DNA of 64,000 nt from the human T2T-CHM13v2.0 reference genome, Homo sapiens. The DNA lies in assembly GCF_009914755.1 (NCBI RefSeq), contig NC_060938.1; one strand, 5' to 3'. Below the pieces are notes generated by a model. It had not been told where the DNA came from. It worked only from the letters and a program-made list of their open reading frames with translations, and searched no databases. Position numbers and translations under genes: made by a program. Positions 13,101-25,360 of the stretch are shown one piece after another; position 1 is the first letter of the stretch; each line of letters begins with the position of its first letter.

Positions 13101-14207
13101 GTAGGTTCTGATATGCATTCTTTAAGGAGGTACCTTCACACCAAATGCCTGCCAGTTCCAGGTCACTATTTAAGGAAAAATATTTATGGGTACACTCAGT
13201 GTTGATGACCAGATCAGTCCACAAAAATGTTAGTGTATTTCTTTAATAACACCATCTAGTTTACTTCTTAAGTTTTTGATGTTGTTTCTTGTTATCTATG
13301 TTTTTAAAGTCTGACTTCTAAACTTACAAAGAGATTTATGAACATTGATTATTTAACTTATTTGCTGTGGGCCTTTCCTAAAATCCTGTAAATAAATTCT
13401 TTAATTTCTGTATTTTCTGCATTCTTAATTTTGTCTACTTGGGGAAGACCACACAGAAGACACTCAATACATGATTACTGATAACCAAAAATGAGCTAAT
13501 GTACATTATCCAGAGATGGACTCACTGCCCTTGGCTTTTTTCTACAGTTTTATGAAAAGAGAATTGCTTACCATCAGAAGACTATTGCCTGTCCATTACC
13601 AATGCTGGGCACTTAAAAAATGAGGCACAGTCTGGAAAGGAGACACTGTGGGGAATGAGTCTGCTCTCTTCAAGGATTGTCTCTCTTACATTCTTCAAGG
13701 TGGACTTCATTGCCTAGAGGGTAGCATAATAAATTGCTTCTTAGCTGTGTTGTTGTTTAAGGACACAGTTTCTGAGTCTACTGGCTTCATTACTGTCTAA
13801 CCTGGTTGGGGAGGAGACCTCAAAAGGGATTCTAAAGGAGCTCTCTTTATCCTTGTATATATCCTAACATACATTACCGATGGTTCCTACAAAAAAGATT
13901 AAAGGGCAGAAATAGACTTGGTACACAGAGCTAAATGTGCACACCCATGAATCATGTTTGCATCCGTCTCCAAAGAAGTGCTTGAATAGTTTCTCACCTT
14001 TTTGTCACTTCATCTCTGAGCTCAATTTATAGTGCTGGAATACTTTTCAAAGATTCTTTTTTTCTTTGTGTGTGTGTGTGTACTCTATATGTAAACAATA
14101 TGTACACACATACTTTTAAGAAATATTCCTTCACTACAAATTGGGCTCAGTGGTGAAGTGATGAAAGAGTGAAAGAAACTATCCAAATACTGCTTTATAT
14201 ACAAAGA

Positions 14208-14215
14208 GTGTGCGT

Positions 14216-14252
<37 letters not shown>

Positions 14253-14257
14253 TGTAT
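14208..14257. repeat. (CA)16 microsatellite within an alternating purine-pyrimidine tract
   Basis: gtgtgcgtg(ca)16cgtgtgtat. Confidence 0.95.
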
Positions 14258-15449
14258 CTGTCTATCCCTCTGTCGAGAGAGAAGTTTAAAGAAATTAAAA
14301 TATGTGGCTCTCATTCCGTTTCTTCATTCATTTCCATTGTGGCACTGTTTGGTACTTATGAGAAAGTATTTTAGATAACACATACACACATAAATCCATA
14401 AAGTACCCTGGAAAAGCCTGTGTAATTTAAATTGTATTTAGAACAATTTATTGCTACATGCTACAAAAACTGGGATGGAATGTAACTAACAAAGAAAGTG
14501 AGGAATCAGAAAGGCTTCACTCGGGTTCTCAAATGCCCAGTGGGCCATAGTTGTATCAACAAAGTAGAAAGTCGGAGCATCCAGAGGGAGCTCTCTAAAC
14601 TGCATACTCTGTGCCCAGTATCTCCCCATACTGTGCTTTTATTGTCTATGTCTAATTTCAGTGATATCCTAAAGTAACCTCAATAAGAATAGCCCAGCAT
14701 TCTTCACAGGAAGAAAGTCTCAGAGGATTTTATTCACCACAGAGGGACTCTAAGCTGTATTGGAGTTGCAGTTCAGTGGTGCAGAATGTACTTAAAGATG
14801 TCCACTCTCTAAATAACCTAGTCAGAAATGTGTTCATATAATGCAGAGTTGGTTATTTCTTCTTACTCCAGTCAGCATTTCAACTTTTTCTTACTGTCAC
14901 TCTCTCCCAGTGGAGACAGTTATGATCTGTAACTGACCGTTCTAAAAAGAGATGAAAATCAAAAAGAAAGTTCAATCAGAGTCTTGGCTGAACAAAGAAT
15001 ATTGGTTCCTGTAAACTGAGAATTAACCTATTGACCTTTATGGCTTTATTTTCACAGACAGCCAATCCTATGTGCCTAGAGACAAGAAGAAAATGGAGCA
15101 TTGGCATATGAATGAGTCCCACATCTCACTCCAGTCAATAGCTCCTACCAGACTATTGACTACCCTTAACAGAAGAATTGGTTAATTGGTTACCCTTAAC
15201 AGGAGAAAACCAAAGTGATTGATGGAATGCAATCTCCTCTTCCATCCCGCCATATGGTGGAAAATCTTGAGAGAGTGGAACTTCCCAGAGGTGGACAGGC
15301 CCAAGAACAAGAGATCAGAATGCACAGAGAGAAAAAATGGTTGCTATGCTATTAACATCAGACTGCACTTTGTGTGCACTGAAGTCTGAGGTCCTGGCAT
15401 GGTTCAGCCTGCAAGAGAACCCACTTAGCAGACAGCTCCATAAAAACAA

Positions 15450-15560
15450 ACCCAGTAGACTGTATGCTCCCAAGGGCAGGGATATGTCTGTTTTAATTTT
15501 ACCTCCCTACCTGGCACATTGTCTGGCACATGTTAAATACTCAACATACACTCAACCTAG
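15450..15560 (+). mobile_element. L2 3' end
   Basis: tagactgtatgctcccaagggcagggatatgtctg...tctggcacatgttaaatactcaa. Confidence 0.75.
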
Positions 15561-15999
15561 TTTCAAAGAAGGAAAGAAGAGAAGGAAGGAAAAAGAAATG
15601 AGACATTTATGAGGTTATACATTAGATGTTGCAGCCTCTTATTGATGGAGCAGCATGATAAACTCTATTTTTAACTTCACAAAACAATAAAAGCTGCTGG
15701 CATTTATTGAACATTACAGTATACTCTTGACTGATCCTTTATCACCATATGCCCTAGTCACCCATTGAGGTCTGAATTGGCAGTTACTCAGTGTGCCCTG
15801 AGTATAAGTTTGTGACCACAGGAGCCAGCGTTTTCTGTAATTATGCTCCTGGGCTGTGAAATCTGTTCCCTGTTGAGATTAAGAGGGAGCATCTGTTGCA
15901 GAAATTAGGTTAAATAAAGGAGGTACATCTGACATCTTTAATCTTTGCTATTGTTTTCATTTGACTTTCTCTATTCACTGCATCACCACATGATAAAAT

Positions 16000-16170
16000 A
16001 ATTATAATAACAACTAATACTTACACAATTTTGCCTAGTGCCAGAGATCGTTTAATCCTTATATAAACTGTATTAGAGGTGTTAGTGTCAGTTTTACTTT
16101 ACAGATGAAAAAACCTGAGGGACAGAGAGGTTAAGTAACTTCTCTGTGGTCACATAGCTGGTATGCAACA
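16000..16170 (-). mobile_element. MIR SINE, truncated by the adjacent Alu
   Basis: tttacagatgaaaaaacctgagggacagagaggttaagtaactt. Confidence 0.8.
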
Positions 16171-16172
16171 AA

Positions 16173-16422
16173 CAAGATCACTTGAGACAAGGAGCTTGAG
16201 ACTAGCCTGAGTGATATATAGCAAGACCCCATCTCTACCAAAAGTTTTTTAAAAATTAGCCAAATGTGGTGGCACATATCTGTAGTCCTAGCTACTCCGG
16301 AGGCCAAATTGGGACGGTCAGTTGAGCCTAGGAGTTTGAGGCTGCAGTGAGCTATGATTGCACCAGTGCTCTCCAGCTTGAGTGACAGAGTAAGATCCTG
16401 TCTCTAAAAAAGAAAAAAAAAA
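16173..16422 (+). mobile_element. AluJ, 5'-truncated
   Basis: gatcacttgag...gcaagaccccatctcta...aggagtttgaggctgcagtgagctatgattgcacc (J-type diagnostics), A tail. Confidence 0.92.
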
Positions 16423-16574
16423 TGTGTATCAATATATGTTGTGCATATATATATATGGGTATGTGTGTGTTGAATGTATAATATGTATAGTTTGAAATTA
16501 GATAGCACCATCAGTTTGAACAATGACTGACATTCTTGGATGTTGTATTTTATAGCAATATACGAGCAATTATA

Positions 16575-16752
16575 CAGCAACGGCCACCTCCATGTATCAG
16601 GCACTTTGTTGTCTGTTTTATACATTATATCTTAATCCATACAGGAGAGATTCCATTTTACAGAGTAGATCATCAATTTGTAAGGTACTCTTCCAAGGTA
16701 TCATGGCAGTGTTGTGAGTTAAACCCAGGCTGATTCCAAAGCCACACTTTTA
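16575..16752 (-). mobile_element. MIR SINE
   Basis: caggcactttg...ccattttacaga...ccaaggt...aaacccaggctgattccaaagcc. Confidence 0.65.
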
Positions 16753-16939
16753 GAAAATAGGAATGTGCGGTAGAGTTTAGTCATATAATATTTAAAACCT
16801 AAGACTCGTTGTTAGGAAAGTGAGTTGAGTGTTGACAAATTGGAACATATTTTGGCAAACATAGACTTGGGGTCTAGTCTCAGATTTCTTCAACTCTTCA
16901 TGCACAGTCTATAGTCATCTCCATATATGTACTAACTAC

Positions 16940-16990
16940 TATATACACACACACATACACATACATGCACACACACATGCACACACACAG
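16940..16990. repeat. Imperfect (CA)n
   Basis: tatacacacacacatacacatacatgcacacacacatgcacacacaca. Confidence 0.85.
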
Positions 16991-18469
16991 AATCAGGTGA
17001 AATGAATCCCAAAAAGTGACAGATTATAAGCCCTGAAAGGAATAGAGAATGAGGGGCTTTGGAAAAAGATGATTGAGTGTCAACTATTGGGAGTGCCTCT
17101 ACTGCGTATCACCCTTTGTCTTTACCTTTTTCAAAAATTGGAACTTGGCTACAGAAGAAGTATTTGATAGTCTGAGAAAAGGAGTTCCAGAATGCCATAC
17201 ACTCTGGTCAGGTATTGTTCAGAAACACCTAGCCTTTGATGATGTTCAGTCTGGTTCAATAACCAGGAAAGCTCACTGTTTATAAATATTCTTTTAAATA
17301 TAGACTGAGGCGTTGTTAGTTGAAGTGCTTCTGAAATGATATGGGACTACGTATAAAGAGACAGTAGTTAGAAAGAGGCCAGCTTCCCAAATGAGGCTTG
17401 ATGAAGTGTACACTGCATAGACAGTTTCATTGCCATCGGGTGTCCCCAGCAAGAACTCTGGAAGGCAAGAAAATCTAGGCTGAGATATACAACATCTGCA
17501 TCTATCTGAACACCATTCACTGCCAAGCTTTTAACTTTTTTTCACTTTTTATTTTTTATTAACTTTTATTATTTGTAACTATTATTTTTAACTTTTCATT
17601 AGTTAATTCAGAACTTAATTTACTACTCAAGAGGGTGTGTGTGTGTATAGTTTGTCTTAGCCAACACAGACTCTTTCAAATAGAAGGAACAAAAATTTCA
17701 AAGGCCTTGATGGGTGGGAGTATTTGGCTAGCTTGAGAAATAGGATATTTTGTGTCTGGGGTGGCTGAGCAAATAGAATAATGCAAATGAAGAAGTAGAG
17801 AAGGTAAAACTAAATAAGAAGCCTCCGAGGACATAGCTTAGCTAGTGTCCTCGCTAACTTTCCTACTGTCTTGATAAAGCAGAACTTGGCTCCATGATGA
17901 TCTTTCACCAGGAAGTGGAGTCCTAGTCATCCAGCCCCGCCATGTCACAGGGATGCTACGGGGGAATGCATGTTACAGGTGTACACATATTAAGAGGTCT
18001 CCTTCCTTTTTAGACAGGGGAACACAGAGAAAGAACACTAAATAGCTTTTCACTTGTGCCATCAGAAAGCTCAGAGCTATAGCTCAGTGGAGATGGGAAA
18101 ACAATGATTGAAAAGGAGTCCGGTGGCCTGATTCTATGTAGGGTCAAGGAGATACCCAGATGAGTCTAAAAGGTGGTTCTTACTTTTCAGGAGTTCCCAG
18201 ACTTGGAAGAAAGAAACACAGAGGCCCAAAGTTCCAATTCCTAGAAATGAGAGAGATGACAGAGAAGGATCAGAGGAGGGGAGCCAGTGAGTGTCCTCTG
18301 GGTAGAGGTAGGCACTTCCAGGGCACTTCCAGGTATAAAGATGTCTTTGCTTTTGTTTTTTAATCTGTGTAGCGTTTCCTGTGACCAGGACATGGTAACT
18401 GGTACACAGAGGAACCCTGTAGACTTAAAACCTACAAAATTAGAGGGATTGAGTTTGTTTTGTGTGTTT

Positions 18470-18920
18470 GTTTCAATTGCTTTATTGAAATATAACTGAC
18501 ATGATAAACTGAATATATTTAAAGTGTAAGATTTTATGAATTTGTTATATGTGTACACCTGTAAAACCATCAAAATCAAGATAATGGACATATTTATCAC
18601 CCACAAAAATCTCATGTGCTCCTCTGTATCCCTTCCTCTCTCCCCTCCCATCCTCTCATCCCCACATCCCCAGGCAATCACCAATCAGCTGTCACTACAG
18701 ATTAGATTTTCTAGAAATGTATATACATGAAGTGAAACAGTTCTATTTTTTGTCTGATTTATTTCATTCAGCAAAATTGTCATCCATTCTGTAGTACATA
18801 TTGGTAGTTCATTCCTTTTTAACACCATGCAGTATTCAATTGACTGAGTATACCACATTTACTTATCTGTTCATCTGTTGATGGACATTTGGGTGATGTC
18901 TAACATTTTTGCTATTACTT
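18470..18920 (-). mobile_element. L1 (L1MB/MC-type) 3' end
   Basis: ctttattgaaatataactgacat...ccccaggcaatcaccaatc...catctgttgatggacatttgggt. Confidence 0.88.
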
Positions 18921-18924
18921 TCAT

Positions 18925-19762
18925 GCATACTCTTCTAGCTCCTGCTGGTATATATTGGCTAGGTCCTACAGTTTATTCTTTTTTTAGCAGGTCTAGCACT
19001 TCTCTAGTAAGATTATGCTGTGACCTCATCCTAGCTACTTGTCTAAAGCTAGAATCGTAGGTGGGCTATATCTTGGTTAGTCCATGTTAACTTGCAAGAT
19101 GCACATTTCTCTGTGACCTCCAAGCAAGGAAAAACTGTTCATTTTTGCAAGTTCAGAGATTGGGGAATATCTGAGGCTTTAAGGATTTTGAGTACATCAA
19201 ACATGATATTCTCATCTTTAAGATCCTACTCCTTTCCAACCAGGACCTTGACCTGAGCATAGCAGATTTGCTGATACTGAAAATCAACATTGTCTGGAGT
19301 TCTGCCTTTATAATTGAATCCTAATTCTCAGCTTTTTTCTACCCTCAGGCTGCAGGAGATAAGAATCTCTTAATAGGCTGCCAAAGAATCCCTTCCACTT
19401 TCACACTTTGCCTTGAATTGGTGATTAATCATCCTTACCCTTTCATTGTCTTTCTCCCATGCTGGGATAGTATTAAGTAGCATTCCTGGGTTCTCACTGT
19501 CCTTATAATGCCTACTACCCTAGAATCTCTCAGATGCTTGGGATATTGCCCCTGTCAATATATTCCATTTATCAGTATCTCAATCCAGTTTATCATTGGT
19601 ATAAGTTTTAACAAATTCCACCACTGTAGCGTACCAAAGATTATAAGAGCTTCACTCACTACTAGTAATGGGTACCCCATTGTCAATGAAACTGTGGCCA
19701 ATCCAGCCTCCAACTCCAATTTTTTGAGTCTATTCTTAGGACCACACCTGTCTGTCACAAAT
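18925..19762 (-). mobile_element. ERVL internal sequence (ERV3-16A3-like), 5' leader/gag remnant
   Basis: Directly abuts the LTR16-like LTR; minus strand begins ...caggtgtggtcctaagaatagactc, resembling an ERVL leader; left boundary uncertain. Confidence 0.55.
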
Positions 19763-20175
19763 TGTCTTGGGTCACATTACCCAGGAAATGGATTCTGAGA
19801 CGGAGATGCATATGCAGGAAGTTTCTTGGGCAATGATCTTTGGAACAATAGCTGTGAGGTAGTAAGGGAAGCATGCCTGAGCAGAGGAAAACATTGAACT
19901 GAGATACATTTACAACTGAAAATCTAAACTGCTCACAATGGAAGTCTGAAGTTTAAATTGCCCTTTATAATTTTCCTGAATTGAGCTAAGGTGGACAGGT
20001 TTCGGTACCGAGTCATTGAACTCCGGCTGCTCTTGGGGAGGAGGAACATAACCCCAAGCAAGGCACCTCCCTTTGCCCAGGTGAGTCCCCAGGAAATTAC
20101 TAAATTGTGAGTTGTCAACAATTGTCACTTCTACTAGTTGAAGAAATGAATCCTGAAGCAGGGATCTGAGTAACC
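19763..20175 (-). mobile_element. LTR16-like ERVL LTR
   Basis: tgtcttgggtcacattacccaggaaatggattctgagacggag...gcaggaagtttcttggg, resembling an LTR16-family end. Confidence 0.7.
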
Positions 20176-22399
20176 CTTTTTTTTTTTTAACTAGTAGATG
20201 GTAGAAACAGGCATTGAAACTAAACTACCTCATTTTTTGTTTTTAATTACTGCCTCCTGCATCCCTGATGCATTTTGTTTCCATTTCACCCTAACTGTCA
20301 TAGTCAGGACCTTCATTATGTCTTTCCTGGAATATTATGATATGATAAACAGTAAGTGGATCAGTGAATCAATGTGACTTTCTTTCTCTTATCTAAGTAC
20401 ACTTTATGTGTCCCCATGAAATTTTTATGTAAATACAATCAGTTTTATAGCAGTCAAACACATTGTCCTTCCAAATATCTTTCTAAAGGCTTGATTCTAT
20501 ATAATGATAATTTAACCTTTCCTGTGTTCAGTTTTTCTTTTCCTTCTAGCTGCTACTGGCCTTTAGAATACGTATATAAGTTAATAGAGCAAGTGAAACA
20601 GTCAACAGGTAAATTAGTAAGAATGAGGTCAAGAAAAAGAAAACTGCTTATTGCTAATGCCAGCCATATCACCGCAAATCTTAAATACCACCACACTTGT
20701 AAAATCAGTAAAGCAGACAGAAATGCATTTTCCAAATGCATTTCATCATCCAAAGATAACCACAATTTTTCTGTTGCTGTATTTTCTTCTGGTCTTTACG
20801 TGTATTCGCATATACTTATCTTTACAAAGTGTGAATAGTATTATGTATAAAGTTCTATATACTGCAATTTTACCTACCATTTTGTCATGGTCATTTCCTC
20901 ATAACTTTCCAAACATGAATTTCGATGAACACATAATTTTCCTTTGTGGAGTTTGTATTATAACATTTTGATTTTCTAAGCTCAAGAAGGCAAGTTATAT
21001 TGAGAATGAGATGGCTATCTAATACCTACTAGGATAACTCAAGTGTTCCAATTATTACCTGCAATATAGAGAATCAAAAGGAAAAGAGAAATGTTGAATC
21101 TAAACACACAGATCTTTAGGTTTTTCTCTCCTCGCAGAAGGAATTTATTGGTTAGCATTTTCTTGATCTTAAATAGTGAAGAAGATTTTAGCAAGTTACC
21201 TAAAGGTCTTAAATTAAGGATTGATTAATATTTCTATATAACTTTTCCCCATCTCATTTCATCAATATGGCACTTTAGGCCTTTTCTCTCTTGCATCATT
21301 ATGCACTGACCTTTCCATTGTTAATGCGTCTATTCTATGCCTGAGTAGAGAGAATTTTTTCCCTCTTTTCAGAGATTAGCTGCAAAGAAAAATTATGTGA
21401 CATTCAAAGGAATTATTTTCAGCCTACCCTTTCAAATGCCTTTCTGACATCTAGTGATGTAATTGAGCTGCATTAATTTTACGAAGCATCTATATTTGCA
21501 TAATAAAAAATTATTTTAATGTACTTCAAAATTAATGCAATATTTTTTGCAAAGAATACTAAACCACATTTAATTTTGTTACTCTGTTATTACAATATAC
21601 TTTGCATTTCACGTTTGTTATAAAATTCTAGTTGATGTCAATATTGTAAATTTTAGTCCTTCTATCCTGTCACCAATATGCACATTTGCTCATTAAAAGC
21701 CATTTGGTGCTGTTCAGGGCAACTAACACCACCAAAAATATTTTTAAATAGATTATGTAAAAATAACATTCTCTAAGCCCAAGCTTCTCAGTATCTGTCT
21801 ATATAGATGTGACTACCTCTTTAAGATAATGAAGAAACTTATGTGAAACAGGGATTTTTTACCATAAGTTAGGATAAGACTAGGATTAAAAATTATGTTC
21901 CTTTACTAATAGTACTTCTTGGAGCCACTAAAGGAATAATAGAATAGGAATACAGAAGAAAAGGGAAGATTCACTTTGAATCTTAAAAAGGAAGCAGTAC
22001 TCCCTCTTCTTCAGCTATTTACCAGGAAACATTTTCTTGTATCATCAGACTGATTATTCTGGAGTATACTGGTCTAGGCACATCTTTACTATTTAAAACA
22101 ACATTTCCATTTTTCAGTTTTCTGTTTGATTTTATGGATCCCAACTGACATGGTAAGACTTATGTGTGTTATAAGAGAAAAAAGTAGACCGAAACAGACT
22201 AAAACTGTGTGATCCAAATGTGTATCAGGGAAGAGCTTTTGGCTAGGTGTCCAAAAATGGCTGTGTCACGTGCCTCTCTATCCCACATGTCAATCCACAT
22301 GTTTCTACCCAAACCTAGTTTGAGACAGTTTCCACTTTAGAACAACTTAAGATGTTTTTCTCTTCTTTGAAATGCATTCAACATTGTATTTTGAATCTA

Positions 22400-22830
22400 T
22401 TTCTTGCCACTTCTTTCCCTATAATTCTAAGCCCAGCCACCATCATTCTCTAAGTATCACAACAATAGTCTTTTAGTAGGTCTCTGGACCACCAACATTG
22501 CTGTCTAGGACCTATTCTTGACATGGCAGCTAGAGTTCCTTGCTTAAATGTAAATCAGATTTAGTCTGATCTTCTCATGTCTTAGAGTAAAAAGCAAAAC
22601 CTTTATCATAACGTAGAAATACATATATGATCAGCCCTTGCTCTCCCCCAATCTTATCTCCTACAAACATTCCTTCTTAGACTTACCTCCTCACTATTCC
22701 TCAGGTATGCCAAGCATGCTCCCATCTCTGTCTTTGCACGTGCGTATCTCTCTTCCTGCAATGTTCTCCGTGCAAATATCTGCACCACTTTTTCACTTGC
22801 TTCTTTAGAGTAAATGAGTGAATAAATAAC
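22400..22830 (+). mobile_element. L2 fragment
   Basis: cccagccaccatcattctct...taaatgtaaatcagat...tcttagagtaaaaagcaaaac...tctttgcacgtgc. Confidence 0.7.
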
Positions 22831-23149
22831 TTTAAAAAATTATACAGTTTTATTTCCCATGAGGGAAGCTGATCTGTGTGTTGGAGTTGACAGCACAACC
22901 TGTTTGGTCTTAACACTGTATGACTATATAAATTTAAAAGTAAGAGCCCCGCCTACCATCCCCCCAAAAATTCCAAAAGGTAACTCTCATGTGAATATAA
23001 AAACTATTTAGGGCAACAAAATTAAATGGAAAAAAACTAAATATTCTATTCTTAATCTAGAATTATATATATACATACATATATATATATATATCATGAT
23101 AGGCTGAGAGACAAATATAAACATTCTTCTGTTTTTCTTTTTCTTTTGA

Positions 23150-23340
23150 TTCATAGAATTCACTGTGTTAAGCCTAGAAATGATCCTGGAGATCATCTAC
23201 AATAACCTCCCCATTTTCAAAGTAGACCGAGATACAGAAAATTAAATGATTTCTAAAAATTCTCATAGCTACTATTAGAAGAATCACCACTAGGATGTAT
23301 ATTTTTTACCTTCCATTCCAATGCACTTTCCACCATCCCA
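23150..23340 (-). mobile_element. MIR SINE
   Basis: tcatagaat...ggagatcatcta...ccccattttcaaagtagaccgagatacaga. Confidence 0.7.
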
Positions 23341-25034
23341 GATATTTTACAATTTGTGCTATATAACAAGATATTCAGAGGTTCATGCATTGGCCACAGG
23401 ACCATAATGATATCTTCAGGGTAGAAATGAAATGAGTATTTGGCTGGATTTCTTTATTTAGGGCTGAGAAGGAAAAACTGCTAAGTTGGGTATTCTCCTC
23501 CTTGCAACTTAAGGAAAATCTCCCAAAATGGATTCTGGCTTTGCTTCACTTTCTGCAAAAAATTAATCTCAAGTAGAAAAGCATATGAAACTGTTGAAGA
23601 AACTCACAGATGTATCTTTTTCCATATCAATATTCTTTATGAAATTTGAAGTTTTATCAAAAGTCTATATATCCCTCTTGCAGAGAATATCCAAAATTTC
23701 AAGCCCCTTTCATGAATAATTTCTGAACATAAAGCAGAATATTTTCATGTGTGAGACACTCTTTAAAGCAACAGGCAGTTTTAAAGACAAGAAAAAAAAA
23801 CATTTTGTTTCTGAGCAAATTTGTGGTTATTTTTGTGTACCTCCTCCCATACTCCCACTGACTCCCATTGATTTGATACTTCAGCTTTTAACAGAGCACT
23901 CTGAAACATAGCTATAAATGTTCTTGATTTTTAAAAAGCTACAGCATACTCAATCATATACCATATAAGCTAATTGTAACATTCTTTTCTTCTCATAGAA
24001 TGCTTTTAAGTCCCATTGTCAAGTACACAGGCCATCTCATATGCTACCCAGCTAATGTAAGATAGAAAAATATCAGAAGTATAAACTTGAATGACTCTTG
24101 GCAGAGGCATTTATAAATAAAAACAAACTTGAGGGCATGGTATAGTCTTATGAAAGAAATTTTGTTGAATTCTAAAAATAGCACAAAAATAAATGTTACA
24201 TTTATCAGAGATCATCACTGGATTTTCAGTTAATGGTGCCTTTCTCTTTCCATTTTCTCTGTTTCAATCTATTCTGTAGGATTATGACCAGGAAGAATAA
24301 ATTTTAAAGTAATTGCAGAATGGACATGCCTAATCGTATTGATCAACTTGCACATAAGCATGTAAATTTTGTTTTCAATGACCAACATTAATATTGGTTT
24401 CTCTATAAAATGTTCATTGGAGTGGGACGGGGAGGGGGGTATTCAGCATTATCAGCATTTCCATCCATACACCAGGTAAGCTAAAGTAGCTACTTACGTG
24501 GATAATCAGTTGCAGTTGGAATGAGGTATGTACCTATATTCCCTGCTGCCATGTTAAGTTTCAGTATGCCCCTAAGGCACCATTTTGCAATTTATTTTGC
24601 TCTACTTAGCAGATCTGTTATATTGCTATTCCTTTGTCATAATTGTTAAATCTACCTGGTTCTACTGTAATTCCATTGCTTTTTAAAAAAATTTGTTTGC
24701 AGTAAATGCAAATAGAATACCTGCTATGCATCCAAGAAACACAATTACCGGAGGGGCTAAGGTAAGATGATTGTAATTTTACATATATATGAAAAGATAT
24801 ACATAGACATACACAAATATACATACATACAACTATTTGGTCAATACCTAGGAATTTCAAAGACAGCAGACAGGAGTGATGACATCCTTCCTCAAAGCCA
24901 GAAACCAGGAAAGAGACATGTGTCATTTACCAGAAGGTCTTTTGTTTGTGCCTAATTACAAACTCTAAGATTTTAATATTTACAATCTCAGTTGAGAAGT
25001 TACTGCGAGGATCGAGAGGGGTCAAATCCTTTAA

Positions 25035-25360
<326 letters not shown>

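Noticed and set aside
20374-20971. 154-aa and 106-aa ORFs
   Set aside because: No recognisable domain or splice context; composition as expected from AT-rich non-coding DNA
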